This document shows positions 59,512 through 64,000 of a stretch of 64,000 bases of DNA, in pieces. This DNA comes from Candidatus Zhuqueibacterota bacterium (GTDB lineage: Bacteria; Zhuqueibacterota; Zhuqueibacteria; Oceanimicrobiales; Oceanimicrobiaceae), in assembly GCA_029262005.1 (NCBI GenBank), contig JAJDAG010000038.1:180-64179 (forward strand). The letters are read 5' to 3'. Position 1 is the stretch's first letter. Each line of letters starts with the position of its first letter. Below the pieces are notes generated by a model. The model was not told where the DNA came from, ran no database searches, and saw only the letters and a list, made by a program, of their open reading frames with translations. Made by a program: the position numbers and the translations under genes.

Positions 59512-60249
59512 GTGAAAGCAGAAGGCTCTTTTGCGATCACGGTAGCCGGGCTGACCAAGTGTTTCGGCCACATGTACGCGCTCAGACAAGTTGACCTTGC
59601 AGTGAAGACAGGTGAATTTGTGACCATTTTCGGGCCGAATGGCGCGGGCAAGACGACTTTGATTCGTATCCTTTCTACACTCAGCAAATCTTCCTCGGGT
59701 GAAGTTTCTATACTTGGCTCCTCCCCGGCTAAAGAGCCGGAATCAATTCGTCGCCAGATTGGCGTTATCGGGCACAATACTTTTCTGTATGAAGAATTGA
59801 CGGCAGCCGAAAATCTCAAGTTTTACGGAAAACTTTACAGCGTTTCTAATCTTGGGCAACGCATCGAGGAAAGCCTTGCTGAGGTTGGTTTGAGTGCGAG
59901 GGCGGCGGATCGCGTCCGCACGTTTTCTCGTGGTATGCAGCAACGTTTGGCCATTGCAAGAGCCATGCTGCATGATCCGTCGATTTTGTTGCTGGATGAG
60001 CCGTATACTGGTCTTGATCAACATGCCGCACATGTGCTTTCCGAATGGCTGAGCAGACTTCGAAAAGAGAGCCGAACAACACTGATGGTTACTCACAATA
60101 TCGAACGGGGAATTGAACTGGCTGACCGCATTGTTGTTCTGAGAAATGGTGAATTCGTTTACGATCATCTGCGTAAAGGTGTGAGCGCTGAAGATTTCAA
60201 GCAGATTTACAACGACCTTGTTGAAGGGAAACCCGGGAAACATGCATAG
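59512..60249 (+). CDS. ccmA: Haem ABC exporter ATP-binding subunit
   Basis: 'GPNGAGKTT', 'FSRGMQQR', 'LLLDEP'; directly upstream of ccmB and ccmC. Confidence 0.9.
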   Translation: MKAEGSFAITVAGLTKCFGHMYALRQVDLAVKTGEFVTIFGPNGAGKTTLIRILSTLSKSSSGEVSILGSSPAKEPESIRRQIGVIGHNTFLYEELTAAENLKFYGKLYSVSNLGQRIEESLAEVGLSARAADRVRTFSRGMQQRLAIARAMLHDPSILLLDEPYTGLDQHAAHVLSEWLSRLRKESRTTLMVTHNIERGIELADRIVVLRNGEFVYDHLRKGVSAEDFKQIYNDLVEGKPGKHA

Positions 60250-60916
60250 CAAGATCACCGCAATTTTGTGGAAAGATTTGATCACTGAATTCCGCAGCAG
60301 GGAAATGATATTTTCCATGCTGGTTTTTAGTTTGATGGTCGCGGTTATTTTTAATTTTTCATTTCCACCCGGCAGCGAATTTATTGATGATGCTGCAGCC
60401 GGCATTATTTGGATGACCTTTATTTTTACCAGTCTTCTAGGCATGAGCCGTTCATTTGTTCGGGAAGTCGATAAAGGTTGCATGCAGGGGTTGTTGCTGG
60501 CACCTATCGACAGGGTCGATATTTACATCAGTAAAATGTTGATCAATCTGATTTTTATTATCATGGTGGAAGTTGTGGTTGTGCCGCTTTTTTCAGTTTT
60601 TTTTAAGATAAACCTGTTTGACTCAATTGGCGCTCTGAGCGCCGTGCTGTTGCTCAGCACACTCGGTTTTGCCATAGTGGGCACTTTGTTCTCTGCCATC
60701 GCGGTCAACACCAGAACACGGGAAGTTATGCTGCCTATTCTGCATTTTCCTGTTTCAATTCCACTGATCATCTGTGCAGTGCAAGCCACCAATGCCGTCA
60801 TGGCCGGTCAGGCATGGAGTGTCATTTGGCCCTGGCTGAAAATCATAATTGCATTTGATTTGATATTTTTTCTTGTTGGATATCTGACTTTTGAATATAT
60901 TGTTGAGGATTCGTAG
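60242..60916 (+). CDS. ccmB: Haem exporter permease
   Basis: 'KDLITEFRSRE', 'RSFVREVDKG', 'REVMLPIL'; 6 TM segments. Confidence 0.92.
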   Translation: MHSKITAILWKDLITEFRSREMIFSMLVFSLMVAVIFNFSFPPGSEFIDDAAAGIIWMTFIFTSLLGMSRSFVREVDKGCMQGLLLAPIDRVDIYISKMLINLIFIIMVEVVVVPLFSVFFKINLFDSIGALSAVLLLSTLGFAIVGTLFSAIAVNTRTREVMLPILHFPVSIPLIICAVQATNAVMAGQAWSVIWPWLKIIIAFDLIFFLVGYLTFEYIVEDS

Positions 60917-60963
60917 CCATACAAGACTGGTGATGAATCTGTTTACTGGTACTGGAGCATACT

Positions 60964-61659
60964 ATGGAGCAAAATAACCGTAAAGATATTTGGGGCAGCT
61001 TATTAAAGATCGGTGTCTTTGTCTGCATGACTGTAAACATCTATCTGGTGTTTCAATTTGCGCCGCAGGAGCAGTCCATGGGGCATGTGCAGCGCATATT
61101 TTATTTTCATGTACCATCTGCGTGGATAGCGTTTCTGGCATTTTTTGTGGTTTTTGTCGCCAGCATCGGTTATTTGTGGAAACGGGAACGCAAATATGAT
61201 CTCGTGGCCGGTGCTGCTGCTGAAATTGGGGTCCTATTTGCGACTCTTGTCTTGATAACCGGGCCGATTTGGGGCCGTCCGGTCTGGAATACTTGGTGGG
61301 AATGGTCGCCGCGTCTTACACTGTTTTTGGTGCTGTGGTTTATCTATATTGCCTATTTAATGCTGAGAAATTTTGTTGAAGGAGAGGAGAAAAGCGCACG
61401 ATTTTCAGCCGTGTTTGGTATTTTTGGTTTTGTAGATGTGCCCATTGTTTATATGTCAATTCGTTTGTGGCGCGATATTCATCCAAGCCCGGTTGTTGGC
61501 GGTGGTCAAGGTTCAGGGCTTCACCCGGATATGACGTTCACGTTGTTGTTTAGTGTGCTCACGTTTACCTTGCTTTTTCTTTTTCTGCTCAGCAATAGAA
61601 TGAAACTGGAAAAAAGCAGAATCGCTCTGGATGATTTGAAAAGACAGATAGCGTTTTAG
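60964..61659 (+). CDS. ccmC: Haem exporter/cytochrome c biogenesis protein CcmC
   Basis: 'RIFYFHVPSAW', WWD motif 'TGPIWGRPVWNTWWEWSPRLT', 'WRDIHP'. Confidence 0.93.
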   Translation: MEQNNRKDIWGSLLKIGVFVCMTVNIYLVFQFAPQEQSMGHVQRIFYFHVPSAWIAFLAFFVVFVASIGYLWKRERKYDLVAGAAAEIGVLFATLVLITGPIWGRPVWNTWWEWSPRLTLFLVLWFIYIAYLMLRNFVEGEEKSARFSAVFGIFGFVDVPIVYMSIRLWRDIHPSPVVGGGQGSGLHPDMTFTLLFSVLTFTLLFLFLLSNRMKLEKSRIALDDLKRQIAF

Positions 61660-61706
61660 AAAACGATACTTAAAAACAGCCTATTCAGAAGGAAGGATTT
61701 GACAAC

Positions 61707-62201
61707 ATGAAAATTAGGAAATTGAGCTTTGTTACCAGTTTTGTGCTTTTTTTTGGGGCGACTGCCCTGCAAGCGCAAACGCCTCGCCTGATGCATTACG
61801 AAGGTCAGCTTAAAGATGAGCAGGGTCAGCCCTTTGTTGGTGTCACGGATTTGGTTTTTAATATTTATAAAACGGCAAATGGTGAATCGCCTATTTGGTC
61901 TGAATCGCATGTGGGCGTCCAAATCGAGAATGGCAACTATGGCGTTCTCCTGGGCAGCAAAACACCGTTGAAATTATCCTTTTTTGAGTATTATCTTGAG
62001 GTGAAAACAAGCACAGTGACGGCGGGGCAACCAAGGCGGATGATTGTTGGTTCAGGCTATAATTTTCGTCTCTGGTTTCTTTTTGCAGCATACACGATTG
62101 TTTGGGTTGCAATTTTTATTTATGTACTGAGCATTGGCCGGCGGCAAAAGAAAATTGCTGCAGAACTCGCTGCCCTGACCCGGGATACAGGCTCAGCTTA
62201 A
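61707..62201 (+). CDS. CcmD-like C-terminal module fused to a signal peptide and an exported beta-rich domain
   Basis: C-terminal 'FLFAAYTIVWVAIFIYVLSIGRRQKKIAAEL' has the CcmD pattern; N-terminal 'AQTPRLMHYEGQLKDEQGQP...VLLGS'. Confidence 0.75.
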   Translation: MKIRKLSFVTSFVLFFGATALQAQTPRLMHYEGQLKDEQGQPFVGVTDLVFNIYKTANGESPIWSESHVGVQIENGNYGVLLGSKTPLKLSFFEYYLEVKTSTVTAGQPRRMIVGSGYNFRLWFLFAAYTIVWVAIFIYVLSIGRRQKKIAAELAALTRDTGSA

Positions 62202-62246
62202 GGAAGTTTGAAATTTAAATTATTAAACAACCCCTTGGAGGATTCG

Positions 62247-62786
62247 ATGTTCCGTTATTTGAAAATGATAATTGTACTGGGTCTGTTTTCGGCAGGTCTC
62301 TTGTTCACAGCCTGTGGCTCAAAGTCGGATGGAGATGCTCGGAAAAAGGCAGCGGTAGAGTCGGTATTGCCGGCCTTCTCACTATTGAATATGCAAGGAG
62401 AGTCGGTGGATTCTCAGCAATTTGCCGGCGCTGTTTTGGTTGTAGATTTCTGGGCAACGTGGTGTAAGCCGTGCATACATGAAATTCCGGCTTATAATAA
62501 GCTCTACGAGAAGTATCGTGACAAAAATTTTAAACTGATTGGCATCACTATGGACTCGGGTGATTTGAGCCAGATTCTGCCCTTTGCCGAAAAGAACAAT
62601 ATGGCATATCCTATTTATTTGGGGAACCAGAGCGCAACAGTTCCTTTCGGTGGTGTTGAGGGTTACCCTAAGACATTTGTAGTCGATCAGAAGGGTAATA
62701 TCCTGAAGAGCTTTCTTGGTGCAGGGGAAGGGAAGGTCGAAGAAATTGACCAGATGGTTGAAACTCTGCTAGGTGAGGGAGTTTGA
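62247..62786 (+). CDS. TlpA/ResA/CcmG-like thiol-disulfide oxidoreductase lipoprotein
   Basis: Lipobox 'FTAC'; 'DFWATWCKPC'; 'YPKTFVVD'. Confidence 0.92.
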   Translation: MFRYLKMIIVLGLFSAGLLFTACGSKSDGDARKKAAVESVLPAFSLLNMQGESVDSQQFAGAVLVVDFWATWCKPCIHEIPAYNKLYEKYRDKNFKLIGITMDSGDLSQILPFAEKNNMAYPIYLGNQSATVPFGGVEGYPKTFVVDQKGNILKSFLGAGEGKVEEIDQMVETLLGEGV

Positions 62787-62885
62787 AAAAAAGTGTGAGG
62801 TGTGTGGCCGAGTGCTGCGCGTTTGCCACTGTTTGATTATACGGTATCTGCTTATGATGTCAGGTTTACAGCGGCAGCCTCTCTT

Positions 62886-63542
62886 TTATTCTGCAAGTTT
62901 TGGGTGTGACCTGTTTCGGAGCGTAGAAATGAGGCTCACCCCGCCTTTAATCATCAGTAAGAGCACGGCTGGGAACAAAAACACAGCCGCCAGAAACCAT
63001 ACTGAATTCACATAATCCTTACCATAATAAGCCAATAGATAATACCGTGGAATTCGACCCACAAAACCGGCTAACATAAACAGAATCCGTGAGTACTTTT
63101 GCGTAATTGCATAAATGCGCAAGGGTTCGGATGGAATAGGCAGGAAAGAAGTGAAAGCAAGTACGAAAAAACGGTTCTTGTCGAATAATGGCGCGGCTTT
63201 CTGGTAGATCCAGTTGTTTTTAAAATTGGCTATTTTGTTGAATTTGAATATAATGGTAAAGACGATGTATTCGGCAAGATACGCAACCAAAGTCGCAAAG
63301 CCGCTGACAAGAGCAACCGTTAAGACGTTGGCATTTTTTGCTGCTCCAAGCACGATGATGTTTGCAGGCAGCGGGAAGAAAGCCGTTGCCATAGATATGA
63401 GAACAAACAAACCGGTCAAACCGAATGCGTCACCCGTATCCGAGATAATACGCTGATTGACCCAGTACCAGTATCCCCCGACAATGGTGAGTGCGACGAT
63501 GGGTTTGAGAAGGGAGCGAGGGTTTACTTTAATTTTTTTCAT
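62886..63542 (-). CDS. DedA/VTT (SNARE-associated, YqaA-like) membrane protein
   Basis: 'FFPLP', 'SFLPIPSEP', 'GRIPRY'; start placed at MKKIK because the longer frame overlaps the ArsR gene. Confidence 0.8.
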   Translation of the reverse strand: MKKIKVNPRSLLKPIVALTIVGGYWYWVNQRIISDTGDAFGLTGLFVLISMATAFFPLPANIIVLGAAKNANVLTVALVSGFATLVAYLAEYIVFTIIFKFNKIANFKNNWIYQKAAPLFDKNRFFVLAFTSFLPIPSEPLRIYAITQKYSRILFMLAGFVGRIPRYYLLAYYGKDYVNSVWFLAAVFLFPAVLLLMIKGGVSLISTLRNRSHPKLAE

Positions 63543-63634
63543 GGGTGAATATACGAAAGATACAGACAGCGCGCAAGTCGTGTGAGAAACAACCGATTTG
63601 TTCAATTTGGGTAAAGATCGAAAGGCAATGCAGT

Positions 63635-64000
63635 ATGAGTGCATCTCAAAAGGCTTCCGGCGAATTTGATGTCGAACAATTTTTCCCCGATGCTTACATC
63701 AAGCGGGCGGTAAAAGTGCTTAAACTAATTAGCGATGAGAGCAAGCTGCGAATCATGTTACTGCTGGCCAAAGAAGGGCCCTGCAGGGTCACAGATATTG
63801 CTGAAATATTGCACATGAATCAAACGACGGTCAGTCATCATCTTTCGCTGCTGCGGAATGCTGATCTGGTGACACCGGATCGTGACGGTAAAAATATCTA
63901 CTACGATGTCAACGATGCTTGTTGGCGTGAAATCGGCCGGGACTTTTTCGAGTATCTCAATAAGGGCGATGACATTCATTTTCTCGGCAAATTTATTTTG
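63635..64000 (+). CDS. ArsR/SmtB family transcriptional regulator, cut by the window end and absent from the ORF track
   Basis: Manual translation: MSASQKASGEF...LKLISDESKLRIMLLLAKEGPCRVTDIAEILHMNQTTVSHHLSLLRNADLVTPDRDGKNIYY. Confidence 0.9.
   Translation, partial: MSASQKASGEFDVEQFFPDAYIKRAVKVLKLISDESKLRIMLLLAKEGPCRVTDIAEILHMNQTTVSHHLSLLRNADLVTPDRDGKNIYYDVNDACWREIGRDFFEYLNKGDDIHFLGKFIL

Noticed and set aside
58148-60483. Long antisense ORFs over glpK (228 aa) and ccmAB (246 aa)
   Set aside because: Shadows of well-supported genes.

Overview
Bacterial chromosomal window with few mobile elements. An FCB-superphylum origin (KSB1/Calditrichota-like) is inferred from a T9SS/FlgD-type 'NYPNPFNP' C-terminal domain, an archaeal-type ProRS, and DUF5916- and Wzi-like proteins. 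It opens with the end of a CRISPR array (9 copies of a 30-bp repeat; no cas genes in the window). Next come recC-recB without an adjacent recD, a GH113-like protein, a compact secreted penicillin-acylase homologue, and a run of divergent PurD-like ATP-grasp, alanine racemase and ATE/Bpt-like aminoacyltransferase genes. The rest holds thiS-thiG-thiE behind a sigma54-like promoter, two Hanks-type pseudokinases, proS-era-spoIID, rnr and neighbours, a GMC/Gfo-Idh-MocA/membrane-protein operon, ferritin-gpmA-ZIP, an orphan DNA methyltransferase, glpK-orf-glpD, and ccmABC with an extended CcmD. The strongest unexplained signal is a ~220-nt unit at 51212-51430 with its own promoter and terminator. It carries a 14-nt complement to the 16S rRNA 3' end inside two mutually exclusive helices. 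All calls are by eye from motifs; no database searches were run.
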